From contig MQRK01234068.1 of assembly GCA_001938485.1 (NCBI GenBank), positions 17,059 to 81,058 of the forward strand: 64,000 nucleotides of DNA, read 5' to 3'. Positions within the stretch are counted from its first letter, which is position 1. Every line of letters begins with the position of its first letter. The DNA comes from Girardia tigrina (lineage: Eukaryota). Of this stretch, positions 12,054-27,000 are shown piece after piece. The position numbers and the translations under genes were made by a program. Below the pieces are notes generated by a model. That model made no database searches. It worked only from the letters and a program-made list of their open reading frames with translations, and had not been told where the DNA came from.

Positions 12054-14879
12054 TCATAAAATAACTGAAAAAAATTTTAAACTAAAAAAAGATTTTTTTA
12101 CAATTAAAATTAAATAATTTAGTAAATACTTTAAAAATTATTTTAAAAATTACCAAAAACTAATTTATTAAAAATCCAAAACAATAAAGTCACTTAAACA
12201 ACATTAATAAAGATAATGTGCAAAAACGAATTTTCAACCTGTAGTTGAATTGTTTCCATTGATTTATACTCTTAAACCGGTGGGCGCCCATAACTTAATA
12301 CTGCCCCAACATTTGGTTTTTGGCAAAAATAGTTTTTAAAAATTTGCGAAAAGAAATTTTTTCGAAATGATTTTTCGACAAAAAGTAATAATAAGTTATT
12401 TATTAAATATAATACTTAGAAAAGCCATTGTTATTCAATACTTAATGTTTTAATACTTTTACTAGAATTCATAAAAGAATAAGAAAGGGACCTAGAACGA
12501 TAAAGCATATCTTTGATCATATACCTTTTACATCTTGACTCACAAAACATTCTTGTGATTCGTGTAAACCAGTATCAGTTTTCTTGTGACATTTATTTTC
12601 AAATGATTATACTTCCTATGAATTTGTAAATAAAGCTTGATTTTAAATAATTTCATAATTCAGTGCAAGCATTTTAAATTTTTTGCGAGATATTGTTATG
12701 TGAAATATTGTTCATAAGTCACACCCCCGAAAAGTTTGATTTATGATCTTAATTACATAAGAATAAGTTTTAAATGTGAACTATCCAAAATAATTAATAT
12801 TTTGAAAATTGAAAAATCCCGCAACGAAAAAATTTAATTCTAATTACTAATTACATTCAATTATTTTAACTGAATATTTTAGACACTATGGTGAAGAATC
12901 CCAGATAACTAATGCTTCCATAATGGATCTATAAATGTAAGTTTTTTTTTATTTCTAATAAAAGTTTTTTATTGTGGTATTTCGATGGTAATATAAATTT
13001 CAATATTTTAATAATAAATAATTTTAATTTTTCTAAATTTAAAAATCAAAATAACATATTGATTATGCAATATTATATCCCCTGAAATATTTGTTTGTGT
13101 ACGCGCCTGCCACAAATCAATGTTCAAACGGCACATACAACCAATTTGTTAAGAGTTTTCGATTTCTTTTATCTAACAGATTACACATTCCACATATATA
13201 AGCATTAAAAAGCTTAGTGAAATGATCTGAAGATGAGAGTTAAACCATCAAAACATATTATCACTACTTATTTTAAAATGATGTTCTTATTATTTTATCA
13301 AAAAATACCATTATTTTTAAATTTTAACCTTAAATATTTTATTATTATTCAGATTGAATGTCTTGTAAATCTATGTTATTTTTTAAATTATTCGAATCTC
13401 GATTAACGAAATTAAAATTAGCTAACTACATTGCGTGAAAAATACTGCTTTAAACTTTGCAGAATTAGGTCATCTATGATAATCATTTTTTAAAAGAAAC
13501 TATGTCTGAGACGATTACAAATGATAATATTTGGTTTTCAAGTATGAAAATTGTAGGTAATTGATTTCAAGTAATTAAAATATTTATAATTTGGCAATGA
13601 TTTAACATTTTGTTGCTGAATTATTTTTGTTTGATTGCTACATATCTTAGCTATTGAAAACTGTTGGGGTTCCTTTTGGTAAACTTTAAATTTTTGATAT
13701 TTTTAAATTTTTGATACTTTTAAAAAAATAATATTTATATTTTAAATAAATTAAAAATAATGTTCGATTAATTAAAATGAAATAATTCTTTAAAATAAAA
13801 ATCTTTTAAATTCTCAAAAAAGAACAGACTCATTCTTGAAATTTTTGGAAATAATTAATTGTTATAAATAATCTCTAAAATAAAAAAAATATTTAAAATC
13901 AAAAGTTTTAATCAGTTATTAGTAAAAAAATATCTTAATTAATTTTAAAAAGTTAATTTCATAAATAATTGAATTTTAATTGTTTTGCATTTATTTTAAG
14001 TGTTATTCGGAAGAATTTTTCGTTGAAATTTTTGTTGTCAGAGATGTAATAAAAAAAGATAATTTAAAGTTAAAAGGCAGTTGGAAATTCTGCAAATTAA
14101 AATTCGATAAATAATTGATTATATATTTATATATATTAAAAATTTTATAATTAATGAATCTCTATTAAATAATCGTAAATTTAAATATTGCTAAATATTT
14201 TTGTATTTTAAGTTCGTAAATTATTTTTGAAATTTTTATTAAAAACAAATAAAAGGTTTTTATTAAAAAGAAATAATTTATAATCGAATGGTTTAATATC
14301 AAAGAAAGATATTTAGGAATTGAATTTTTAAAATATTTTTAAAGATCTAAATTTATACAAAATTGAATAAAATAACATATTTATATATTTATAGATATTA
14401 TTATTTATATTTAGAATTTTGAGATCTGGATTATGTAATTGAAATATTGTTTCTCATACATTTGTTTCAATAATGAAAATTGTAGTAGAAATAAAGTTTA
14501 CAAAATTATGACTTCCAATTTTAATCACGAACCTAATAAACACATCAATAAAATTAATTAAAATTATTGATAACGTTCTTTATTAATCACTATTTTAAAC
14601 AACTGGAAAGAAAAATTCAAACTAATATGAAGTACGAGTTCCTACGTTGAATCTCAGCCTCAGAAACCATGCGAAGCATCAATAGTGTACTCATATACAA
14701 TGCTACTACGCAGCACAAAGTCTCAAATTGGTTTAGGAAATTCATGAAAGATAATTTTAACTTAAATAATGAATCTCGATGTCGCCCAGGAACACATGTA
14801 GATAATGGCAAACTGAAGGTAATCGTGGAGTCGGATACATCATAAAGTTCTCATGATTTATCATTATCGTTTACTGTTA

Positions 14880-15135
14880 CAAAGAAAACAATATTGAATC
14901 ACTTGGTTTAAGGAAAAAGTTTGATAAGTTGATTTCACTAAAGGCGAATGAAAAGTAGACAAAAAAGCGTTTGGATGCTGGCTTGAGTATACTTTCAAGT
15001 TATTAATGTATTCTTTTTTTAATCGAATCGTCACTTGTGATGAAAAAGTATCCAATATGATAATCACAAACATTCAGCAAGCTGGGTGGACACGAATAAA
15101 AAACCAAAACGCAGTCCAAAGCACAACATTCAGTT
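14880..15135 (+). mobile_element. Mariner remnant
   Basis: FLNRIVTCDEK motif. Confidence 0.65.
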
Positions 15136-15478
15136 CCCAGACAAATGCTCTAAAATAAATTTAATAAATGTTTTTGAAAATATGTTGATTTGTTATTATT
15201 AATTCGTTAATACTAAAAATATTTTTGAAATATAAATTAATTGATTTAGACAAATGCGTTAAAATAGATTTAATAAAATTTAGTGCAATTAACATTTTTG
15301 TATATAATTTTACGTTTTCGTCGTTTCGCTGTCGTTTCAGACTCATTCTTAGAATTTTCTGGAACATGCATGTGATCAGTAATATTTAGTACTGTCTCAT
15401 TAGTTTCTTTCCTCTGTCTTCAGAACACTCTCGTTTGACACATCTCCATGATGATGATCCATCTTGTTTTCGATTGTC

Positions 15479-15524
<46 letters not shown>

Positions 15525-16039
15525 TAATTTGTTTGTGTGTAGTTATTAAAAAATAATTTTTATATTTATAAATTTACATTTTATAATTTTACATTGCAGG
15601 ACATAAAAGACATTGTAAAGGAGATATAAATTCACAAAACTTTAAAATTCTGTGAACTCAATTTAAAAATTATTGGGAGAGAGTGACATGTGAAGCGCTA
15701 TATATAAGATCTTTGGATCCTAAAATGAACGTTCAAGCTGCATTCTCTACAACTTTGTTGGGAGTTATTAAATGATGTACTGATGACATACTGATTACAT
15801 AATCATTAACTGCACTATATAAGTAAATTTCGTTTGACAAATCATTTGATCTGACGATGACTGTTAAACTGTCGAAATTAATAAATTTTGATTGGCATGG
15901 AAATTTTTTATTCGACAGTTTGTTAATTGTATTCAAATTTATACATTTATTAAATATATATTTCAAAAATAGTTTTAGTAATAACGAATTATTAAGAAAA
16001 TTCAACATATTTTCAAAAATATTTATTAAATTTATTTTC

Positions 16040-16560
16040 GCGCATTTGTCGGTGCGCTGATGGCGGAATGTTTGGTGGCCTGTCGCAGGTGTTATTCATT
16101 ATGACTTCATTAAACCTGGATCGTCGATCAAATCAGATGTCTACTGCAACCCAATTGAAAGATATGATGCGGAAACTCAAAGAAAAACAGCCTGTGGTTT
16201 TACATTGTTATGTAGCAAGAGGGGAGTCGACCTCTTCACAATACACGACTCCCCTCTTGCTACATGACAATGTAAAACCACATACTGCTCTTAAGACCGT
16301 GAAAAAGCTACATGAATTTGAGTTGGAAATTCTGTTTCATCATCCATACTCACAAGATCTAACCACAACGGACAACCATTTCTTCCTCAATTTGAAGAAC
16401 TTTTTGATAAGAAAAAAATTCAATTCCAGATTCTGTAAAAACGGCCTTCAGGAATTTATAGATTCTCGCCCAACAAATTTTTATTCAAATGGTCTCAATA
16501 AGCTTTCGCTCAAATGGCGATAATATCTGTACATTCTTTAATGAATGGCATAAATATTTG
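16040..16560 (+). mobile_element. Mariner transposase C-terminal remnant
   Basis: LLHDNVKPH, HHPYSQDLTTTDNHFF. Confidence 0.85.
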
Positions 16561-19119
16561 TATTGGTAAATTATCAATAAACTTTGACTTCAAATTTCAA
16601 ACTTGACGACCGAATATTTGCAGATGAAAAATATGAATAAATCATTTAAATAAAGAAAATTCATTTTCTCGATGAGAAAGAAATTGAAGAATCGGAAATT
16701 CATTGAAAAAATAATTGAAAAAGATGAAATTAGCGCAAATTTATTGGAGGAATTATTGGGAAAATATCCGTTAAAATAATTCAACTACTTCATCGATAAC
16801 GGTTGAGTTGCACTCGGTGCTTTCATTGTCGAACTTTTAACAATCATTTGTTTTAATAACGGATGTTTTTCTACACTTTCAAAGTTGTAAGGCTTTTCGA
16901 ATTTGTAAATCCGTTCTTTAAAACCAATTATCATGATGATATTTTGGTCTGATAATTATGATTACGGAATGAAATTTAATCAATTATCGAAAAATACCAA
17001 TTTCAAATTATAATTCCGTTTATTAAAAAAAATGATATATTTAAACAAACGAATTTCGAATTTTATTAAAAACATAAAAGTTATTAATTAATTTCTCATA
17101 TTTCAAATTATTTAATTATCCTCGTTAGTGAAATTAATTATAACTGAATTAATTTATTAATTTATAAATATGAATATTTAAAAATATATTTGTATTAATT
17201 GGAAAAAACTTCTGAAAATGAATTAGTTTCAATAATATAGGGTCACAGAGTTTTTAATTAATAAATATTTTTCTTACTGTCGTTGATTAAGTTTTAATGT
17301 CGGAAAGTGCTTACATTGCAACGACGCCACATTTTATAAAAGATTTCACCCCACAGATATTTGAAAGACGAAAAAGTATTGAAGAATTCATTCTGGATTA
17401 CCAACGATTTTTTGTGTTGCAAATAATTGGTCAGTTCAAACGTTCATGGTGAAAGCTTTTATCAGGAAAGATTAACTGGCAGCATATGAAGCAGTAGATC
17501 CAGAGATATTCAGTTTCGACAATATATAGCGGAAGATGTTTATGAAACCATGAATTATTTTTCTTCAATTAATTATTCCACGATAATTGGCAGGTTAATT
17601 AAATGAATTATCGATCACAAATACTTAAAGTCAATTTCCAATTTAATTTTTTTAATAAATAAATAAAAAATTCATCCAATTATAAAAATCAAAATTATTC
17701 CTTTTTTCAAAAAAATAAATATCGCACCACAAACTATATATATAATTATATACGTATTTTGTATATAAATAAATATGTAAACGAGGTTACGACAAGAATA
17801 TTTACATAAAGAATAAAAACATTAAACATTAATTTGTAAATAGAGCAATTAAAAATGTTAAAAGAAATATAAAAAGGAAAGAAAATGATAAGAAAAATAC
17901 AAAAAAAATAATTAAAAGTTAATAAAAAATTAATTAGTTTTACACTTTGATCCAGCTGATTTATTTTGTGTAACTACTCTTTGATAATTCCGATCTAAAC
18001 TTTGAATAGTTCGTGCAAATCAAATTAATATGAATTGATTGTATCATTCAACCGAAAGTTGAGAAAAATAGAATTAATCGCAGAATATGACCAGCTGAAT
18101 TGAAAGTACGAAATCATTGAAGGATTCAAAACTTTTTTTAAACATTTTTAATAGCAGAAGGTCGTGATGATATATTATCCCACCTCCTACGGTAAAATTG
18201 AATAAGTTTTAAGATATTATTCTATTTTGTAACGGTTATACAAGATGAATATATTTTATTTTTAATAACTTCTTTCGACTTCTTAATTCATATGTATATA
18301 TATAATTGTAAGATATCTACCAAATACCCCAACAGAAGTGTACAGATACAATTCCGGCATTTTTAGCAAAATGAATGAAAGAGTGGGAAAATTATTAAAT
18401 GTCAAGTGGAAAAGGCAGGAGTTGGTGTCATATTTTTGTTGAGTTTATAAAATAAAATTATTTTAAAAGTAAAATTTGTTTTAATTAATAGATAAAATAA
18501 GAGTTATTTATCTATCTACCATAATAAATATAAAATATATATATAAAGAATAAAACCCAGAAAAATTTAAATAAATAGAATAAAAGTAAAAAAACTATGT
18601 AAAGAAAGTAAACAGGAAGATTTAAAAATAAATAAGATTAATTTAAATTTAAAGAGGGGTATAAAAAGAGCAAGAAATTAGAAGAAAGATACCCCAAAAG
18701 AATTACCTTAATTATATTATATTATATTTTATATAATTTGAAAAAAAGAGAAATTCTAAATTATTTTTAACCTTAAAGGTTAAGAATTTCGTCCTTAGAG
18801 CTTATAAAACCACCCATGATGATTTTAAGTAACCCACCAAGTGAATCGCTTATCAATCAGACAGAAATACCTCAAGAGGTGGGTGGTTGATTATGCATAT
18901 AAAAAGATATTACGAGCGAGAGATTTTCATTCTGACCATTTTGAATTGATCACTGATCAATGAACTGAAAAACTGAAATTATTAACGGATCAAATTGTGA
19001 ATGAAAGTGCGAAATTATCTCATTTATATATTTAACTTAATTATGTTTTTATATAATTTAAAATTATTTTAGAGTACGTTGATTCTACTTCTCTAACTAT
19101 TCAATGTTTAAATTCTCGA

Positions 19120-19830
19120 AAATTGAGCAGGTTCGTGTAGTATGCGCTGTTGATGATGACCCCCTTTGGCAGGTAATCAATGAAAATTATCCCATAACAG
19201 TCCCAAAAGACTGTAACCATTACCTTCCCGGCTGAAGGGACGATCTTTGCCTTTAAAGGGGGTCTGTCACCTGAGCGGAACCATTGACGGACTGCTCCTT
19301 GGTTTCAGGAAGAAAAAACGGGAGCCACGTTTAGTCCACTGTCACAATCCGTGACTAGACGCCTCACCGAGATCATGAACCAGTTGCAGCAGTTCTTGAC
19401 AAGCAGACTTTCGATTAGCCTTCTGGTCGTTGTTGAGGAGGTACGGCACCAACCTGGCAGTCAGCTTCCTCATATGCAGCTCCTCTGATATGATGCGGTG
19501 CACCTGACTTTTAGAAACGCGTGTAATAGCTGCTATCTCACGGATAGTGAGACATCTGTCACCAAGAATGACTTCCTCGATAACTTTCACATTTTCTTGA
19601 CATCCGGATGTTGTTGGTCGCCCACTGCGTTCATCATCCTCCAATGATTGACACCCTGCCTGGAATCGTTGCACCCACTTAAAGACAGCCGTTCTTCCAA
19701 TAGCGGCATCACCAAAGACGGCGCATATAAACGGTGCACAATATCTGCAGTGGGGGTGTCTTCCTTCCAGAGGAAATAGATGATTGCTCCTTGAGATTTC
19801 ACTGCCTCTTTCATACTAACTACAAGAGAG
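19120..19830 (-). mobile_element. Mariner transposase N-terminal remnant
   Basis: SLEDDERSGRP, DRCLTIREIA, ARLVPYLL, GKVMVTVFWD. Confidence 0.88.
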
Positions 19831-20262
19831 AAAAATGACAAATTTTTCGTTTTATTCCCATTTTGGGACTTTAAAAAATTTTTTTCGATCAATTTTTTGC
19901 ATAATCATTTATTGTCATCGAGAATGAGTAAGTGTGCAAAGTTTGAAAGAAAATGGATTATATATGTATTATTAATACAGTAATAACAATTGATATATTT
20001 TAATAAAATTTATGAAATAAGTTTAAATAAATTTTAAAATAAATAATTAACGGATTAATATTTTAAGAAATAATTTTTTAATAAAAGTGCTTATTGTAAA
20101 TTTAAATTAATTAGTTTTTATGATAAAATTTTCGAAAAAATGTAAAATAATTTAAGGTTTAAATTTCGTAAAATTTAATCGAAAAAATTTAATGAATTAA
20201 TTTTGGGCGAAATAATTGAATTAACAATAAATTTGTTTAAATATGTGAATTGCTGATATTAA

Positions 20263-20495
20263 ACCTTTACTGACTATTGATGCCATATGGAATCATAATA
20301 TATATCAGACTTGTATAGCCATCTATGAATGAATAGGGATAACATTTTTTATTTAGATCGATAAGAAAGATCGATAAGAAGATATATTTGTTGTCAATAA
20401 AATTTTTACTCTAATTACTTTACTGCTTTCGCATATATTTTACTACATACTTTTGGTGTGTTTGAATTGATATTCTTAATTCAGCCAGGAAAGGG
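20263..20495. mobile_element. piggyBac-type MITE (233 bp)
   Basis: TTAA on both sides, imperfect TIR ACCTTTACTGACT / AGCCAGGAAAGGG. Confidence 0.65.
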
Positions 20496-20824
20496 TTAAT
20501 AAATTTTGTGGTGTTAAATTATGATTTCGGAATTCGATGATACTGAAAGTCGCATAAACGCTACTTACAAAAACAATAAGGCGTTTCAGGAAAAAGTGTT
20601 CTTCAGACGATATTCTTTAAACAGAATCGCCCTCTTCATCTGTTAATCAAAACAGTAATAATATTTGATCTTCACGAAAAGCGTCAATCTGACAATATTC
20701 CCTCAAGTCATAATTATCAATTTATACTATATTAAGTAAACATTTATTAAAAATATAATCTCAAAATTACAAATCAAAGACGAATAAATAAATTTGATTT
20801 AGAAAAAATAAAAAAAACAAAAAT

Positions 20825-21064
20825 TCATTTTATTGTCGATATTGGTAAAATAATAAATTCCTTTTGCTGATTCAAACAAACAATCCATTTCTCGGCTGCA
20901 ACGTGGACTTCACTGATCTTAATGGATTTGCAGCCCAAAATCTGAATAGATCTCTCGTATTTGTTTAATTGGACATTATATAAGCGCAGATATCCTTTGT
21001 TAGAGAATATTAGACAATTATTGATGAGAGATATTGGACCGGGGTATAAGACGGATAAGGGTTC
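20825..21064 (-). CDS. SCAP: SCAP terminal exon
   Basis: gtcatag|[53 protein letters not shown]; phase 0; resembles the last WD repeat of SCAP. Confidence 0.8.
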   Translation of the reverse strand, partial: EPLSVLYPGPISLINNCLIFSNKGYLRLYNVQLNKYERSIQILGCKSIKISEVHVAAEKWIVCLNQQKEFIILPISTIK

Positions 21065-24000
21065 CTATGACAAAGAGCACATTATATCTTTATACATTCT
21101 CTTATTTTAAAGATAAGTTTATATTAATACTTTTTGTTACTGACAAAAAACGTTATGTAATATTACGAATTAATTTTTTCTTTTATCAATTTGTAATGAA
21201 AATAAACTTTAAAAAATGTAAAATAAAATACTGGTGTAACCCCGATAATTCAACCTCCATATAATTCAATTTTTTCAATCTATTAGGTGTATAACTTAGT
21301 TTTTTGGATTTTCTAAGAGATGGTGTAATCTTTGTAATAAGCATTATTTTACAGTCGTACGTACAGATTTTTAAAGTGCTGAAATCGAGGCATTAAAATN
21401 NNNNNNNNNNNNNNNNNNNNNNNNNNNNNNNNNNNNNNNNNNNNNNNNNNNNNNNNNNNNNNNNNNNNNNNNNNNNNNNNNNNNNNNNNNNNNNNNNNNN
21501 NNNNNNNNNNNNNNNNNNNNNNNNNNNNNNNNNNNNNNNNNNNNNNNNNNNNNNNNNNNNNNNNNNNNNNNNNNNNNNNNNNNNNNNNNNNNNNNNNNNN
21601 NNNNNNNNNNNNNNNNNNNNNNNNNNNNNNNNNNNNNNNNNNNNNNNNNNNNNNNNNNNNNNNNNNNNNNNNNNNNNNNNNNNNNNNNNNNNNNNNNNNN
21701 NNNNNNNNNNNNNNNNNNNNNNNNNNNNNNNNNNNNNNNNNNNNNNNNNNNNNNNNNNNNNNNNNNNNNNNNNNNNNNNNNNNNNNNNNNNNNNNNNNNN
21801 NNNNNNNNNNNNNNNNNNNNNNNNNNNNNNNNNNNNNNNNNNNNNNNNNNNNNNNNNNNNNNNNNNNNNNNNNNNNNNNNNNNNNNNNNNNNNNNNNNNN
21901 NNNNNNNNNNNNNNNNNNNNNNNNNNNNNNNNNNNNNNNNNNNNNNNNNNNNNNNNNNNNNNNNNNNNNNNNNNNNNNNNNNNNNNNNNNNNNNNNNNNN
22001 NNNNNNNNNNNNNNNNNNNNNNNNNNNNNNNNTGCTGAATTCGAATGAAACTGTTAATGCAGAACGTTACCAACAACAGTTAATGAAATTGAACGATGCA
22101 TTGAAGGAAAAACGTCCTATTCCAGCAAACAAACAGCGCACAGTGATTTTGATCCATGACAATGCTCGGTCACATGTCGCAAAACAAGTAAAAAACACGT
22201 TGGAAGCACTTAAATGGGAAATTCTACCGCATGCTGCCTATTCACCAGATTGTGCCCCATCAGATTATCATCTGTTCCGATCAATGCAAAGCGCTCTTCG
22301 GGACCAGCACTTCAGAAACCAGGAACATATAAAAAAATGGCTGGAACAATGGATCGCATCAAAAGACCAAAACTTTTTTCGATGGAATTCATAATTTGCC
22401 TGAAATATGGTCGAAAGTCATAATTAACGATGGAAAATATTTTGATTAGAATAAAACTTATTATTTCATATTAATAAACTTGTCTGTTCTGCAAAAAAAT
22501 CCAAAAAACTAAGTTATACACCTAATATTAAAAATCCAATATATATTTATATTTGATAAAAATTTAGTTAAATCCTTTTAAAGAAATTGATTATTGAACA
22601 AGTTTCGGAATTTAGTATTCCATCATCAGCAATTATAATCTAGGGTGGTGCCCGGACCGGCCGGACGTTCTTATCGGGTGACGCCATTCATTTACGGGAC
22701 ACGGGCAACAAATCAACGGGCTACGGGCCATTTCATAATTTTCTCGAATAACAGTATATGAATGCTCAAGGAACACTATGATTAAAATTTTTATGAAAAT
22801 ACTCATTTATTTGATAAATGACGATTTCTATCACTTATTTACTAATTATATTGCTAAAAATCAATTTAGGTTAAATTTGCAAAATGTCGTTATCATCTGA
22901 TTCACGGTTTGTCGGTCAAGCTCAAATTTTACTATGATCATAATAATAAAATGAGAAATAGTGGAGGAATAGTGAGTGAATCCGCGTAAAGTTGAGGTAA
23001 TCTGCATAGTCCGTATCGAGACGGTTCTGTCTGTATAGCGCCTTCACAGAAAGGCGCCGGGAGCCGATTTAACTGAATGACTGTTAAATCAATACAGAAT
23101 TCGAAACAATAATTAATAAATCATAATAATTACGATTTAAAAATTAAAGCAGAAACTTTCAAAGACGAAAACTCAGCTCACCCGTCATACATGACGGTTT
23201 TTTCCTAGTTTAAAATATTTGGTAAAAAATCATTTGAGATGTTTAATATATTTTATATATATTTATTCAATAATATGTATTTTCATATATATTTTTAATA
23301 TATTTAGTTTAATATATTTGGAAATATAAGTTTTTTAAATAAATAAAGTATTCAAATTATATAGAATATTCAAATTGCTGACGACGATGTATGACAAAAG
23401 GAAACATGTTCAATAATTACTAAAAACAAGCTTTAATCAATTGATATTTTCACTATTTATACATATAACCCTAACCTTCTACCCCCTTTCCCATTCACTT
23501 AAGTATATGTTTATAAGTCTAAGTATGTTTATATATAAATAGAAGTATATATACTGGTCAGTTATGTATATACTAGAGTGAACCCGTTTCGCCAAGTCTT
23601 GCGAATTTTAAACGAATCACTTTAATCATCAGGAACTTCACACATACAGAAATCATAATTCTATTATAGTATTAATTAGTTAAATATATTAAGACTTCCG
23701 ATCTGCCTCTACACAAATTTAAATTAAAATTTAATTATTAAAAAAATTTTAAGCTATTTTTTTATTTATTATTATTAAAAAAATTATTTTGAAAAATTTA
23801 AATAAATCAAAAACATTTTTTAATTTTAAATAATCGTACGAAAATTCAATTTTAAAAAATATTATAATTATAAAAAAATATTTTTCTTATTTTTTCTTTT
23901 TTTTTCCAAAATATTCAAATAAAAATTTATATTAATTATTAAAAAAATAGAAACTTTTTTTTCGAAATGATCTTTTACTGTTGCTAATTTTTTAAATTAT

Positions 24001-27000
24001 ATTTTAAATAATATTAAAAAAAATATTAATTATAAAACATGGAAAAAACATTTAGTAAATTTTTAATGCAAAAATATACAAAAATTTTGAAAGTTGTTTT
24101 TTCTAATTATTTTTTTAAAAAATTAAAATAAATCAATAAAAATTTTTAATTTTACATAATCGTACACAAAAATTTAATTTTAGAAAAATATTCAAATAAA
24201 ATTTTTATTAATAAATAAAAAATAGAAAATTTTTTTTCAAAATGATATTTTATTGTAATTAATTTCTTAAATTATTTTTTTTAATAATATTAAAAATAAA
24301 AATAAATAATGGCACAAAAAAATTAAATAAAAATAAAATTAATTATAAAAAATGTAAAAAACTTTTAAAAAATCACTTTAATCATCGGGAACTTCACACA
24401 TACAGAAATTAAATTTCTATTATAGTATTAATTAGTTAAATATATTAAGCATATCTGGAAAAAAGGAAAGACTTCCGATCTGCCCCCACACAAATTTATA
24501 ATTCATAATTAATTGCATGAATAAATTATTAATAAATTAACTAAATAAATAAATTATTTTTATATTGATGTCAAAAGTCTTAGAAAAATTTAAGCTATTG
24601 ATTTTCTTCTTAATTTTTGTGGGGGGCAGATAGGAAGTCTTTCCGACAAAAATCATAATTCTATTATAACGATAAATATGTAATTCATTCATCGATTTAT
24701 TTATTAAATGAATTAATACTTTTATTACCGAATTCACCAACTTCTACTTCTCTAATCGGCGGCGGAGCAAGATTTTCTGACTCCTCTCGTCGAGTAGGTC
24801 AATCGATTTTTCATCCAAATTCATCATATTTCCTTCTTTGGGTATCGTATTGTTGACATTGATTTTTTTTGTATTTATGTTGACCCTTTTCATCGTTGAT
24901 TCATCGACTTCTCGTCGGATCGGCGGTGGAGGCACATCGACCCTAACCCTAACCCTAACCTCAATACTATTTAAAGGATGGGAGGCCCACTAAATTTGCA
25001 AATGATCGTCTTTTCATAGAAACTTTAATTGCAAAATATTAATGAGTAGGTGTTTTAGAATAAATACTTATAATTATAGAGATATCGTTATATTGTTCAC
25101 AAATAAGCCCTGGGACATATTTGAGAACAAATTAAAATAAACTTCAATGTTTTTTTTGAAAACACACTGAAGTATATTTTATATTTTCTTGAACTACGAA
25201 ATGATGAAAATCGATAATATAAATAGATGATAAAAAAATATCTATGAAAAAATAATAACAGTTACTATTAAAATCTGGCGCATTGGTCGCTTTCTGCCCG
25301 CCAGCCAAGTACAAATAGCTCCATTAACATCAAAAGTCACAACAATCGTCTTTGAAAACCGTCCCTTAGCTGGACAACATTTAATCCAGTGGATTAATGC
25401 TGGCCAATTCCAGTTTACCGTTTTAAAATTGGATGTATCAACCAAACTGATCTCAGCTGATCCGCTTGAAACAGCTAAGAAATGCTTTAAAAAAATGCTA
25501 TCAAAGAAAATGTTCCGAAATTCGCTTACGTCAATAAAATGTGAAGCGATTATGGGTTCTGAAATCATACTTAGAGATTCGATTTGGTTAAAATTAGTTA
25601 GCTGATAAATCTAAAATGAAAATAACAAAAATATCTTATTTTATAAGTTAAGGATAACTGATTATTGAAGCATTTTTTTAAAAAATCTACGTTAGACATG
25701 TTTTGTTAGACACAATCTTTGATCATATTTAGCAACTTTATTCATGTTGTAATTTTTTTGGTTTATTATTATTTGTTTTTTTTTTGAAATTAATGAAGTT
25801 CTATCTTTGCAGTGATCAAGAACCTTACTCGATCTACTCGACTGTGAGTGTTTACGAATCCGTGTTTTGAGATGACGATTTGTTTCTCCAATGTGGACCT
25901 CCCACCTATTTCAAATGGTATTGAGCCTTTAAGTTCTTTAGAAGGTCCAACCAAACTAAAGAGTCACTAACAGTCCCCGATAGGCCACCTACGGGGTCAC
26001 ATAGTTTCTGTCTACGAGATCTTTTCGATTCCCCTGTAAGAAACGACCAACCATAGGTTGTATAGTAAGGGTAAAATGTAAATTCACCAAAATCACCTTA
26101 ACAACCAATGAAATTACCTTAACCCTTTCCAGCCCAAATTATTATTTTTGGAGCATTGAATATCCGTTACAATGTTGATTTAAATTGCTAAGAAACAAGT
26201 GAGAATCGCGCTTTTTTGCATTCTAATATATATGTAGTGTCATCTATTAGACTTTTTAGAAACTATTACTGTGTAAAATTTAAATTGGGTAAAAGAGATA
26301 ACTGTAATTTAATTTTTCAAATATGTTGCCATAAGTCAACAATGGGCTGGAAAGGGTTAAAAATCATCAAAATTACCTTATCAACCATCGAAAACACCCT
26401 AGAAATATATAATTTATATTCTATATGTAATAAAAGTTGTTGTTTACTAGGATTTGAATGAATACATGTATAACATGATTATTTTTAACAAACATTTATT
26501 TACATTACAAATATAACATATGTACAATGTATACAAGTTGATAATTCACAACAAATAATGTCCATGTGGTAGTGTTCGTATTCCAACTGTCATAATATGT
26601 CGCTTGTCATCAAACCAGTCAAGAATCTTCCTCCGCATCATTACTGAGGAGACTTGATGTTCTCTTGTTCTAATTCTTCTCATTTCTGATATTATGCTGC
26701 TCTTTTCCATTAGAATCCGATGTAATTGACTAATGTTGCCCGTTGAACGCCTTTGGCCCTCTTTTTGATCTTGCCGCTCACGTAAATGGCATACATCTTA
26801 GACCGTAGTGCCACGAATCTTGATATAATCTGTCCATTGACCTCATCTTTAAACTTCCCAAGTATCTTTTTATTTGATGCTGAGTAATTTGGATGGTCTT
26901 TTGGATAGTCTGATGTATCAATATGCTGTGCAATTTCATTCAAATCCGCAAATAGATCTTTTGTATAGATCTGATAGATATCAGTATCCATGTACATTAG

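Noticed and set aside
13227-13258. Third hammerhead-like motif CTGAAGATG..CATCAAAAC
   Set aside because: GAAA core and cleavage triplet are mutated; too degenerate to call
12880-14490. Exon-like segments with AG/GT borders
   Set aside because: Stops in all frames of the segments checked and no recognisable protein
16590-17015. Coding-like composition
   Set aside because: Multiple stops and no identifiable family
21393-22076. 227-aa ORF
   Set aside because: Almost entirely an N gap
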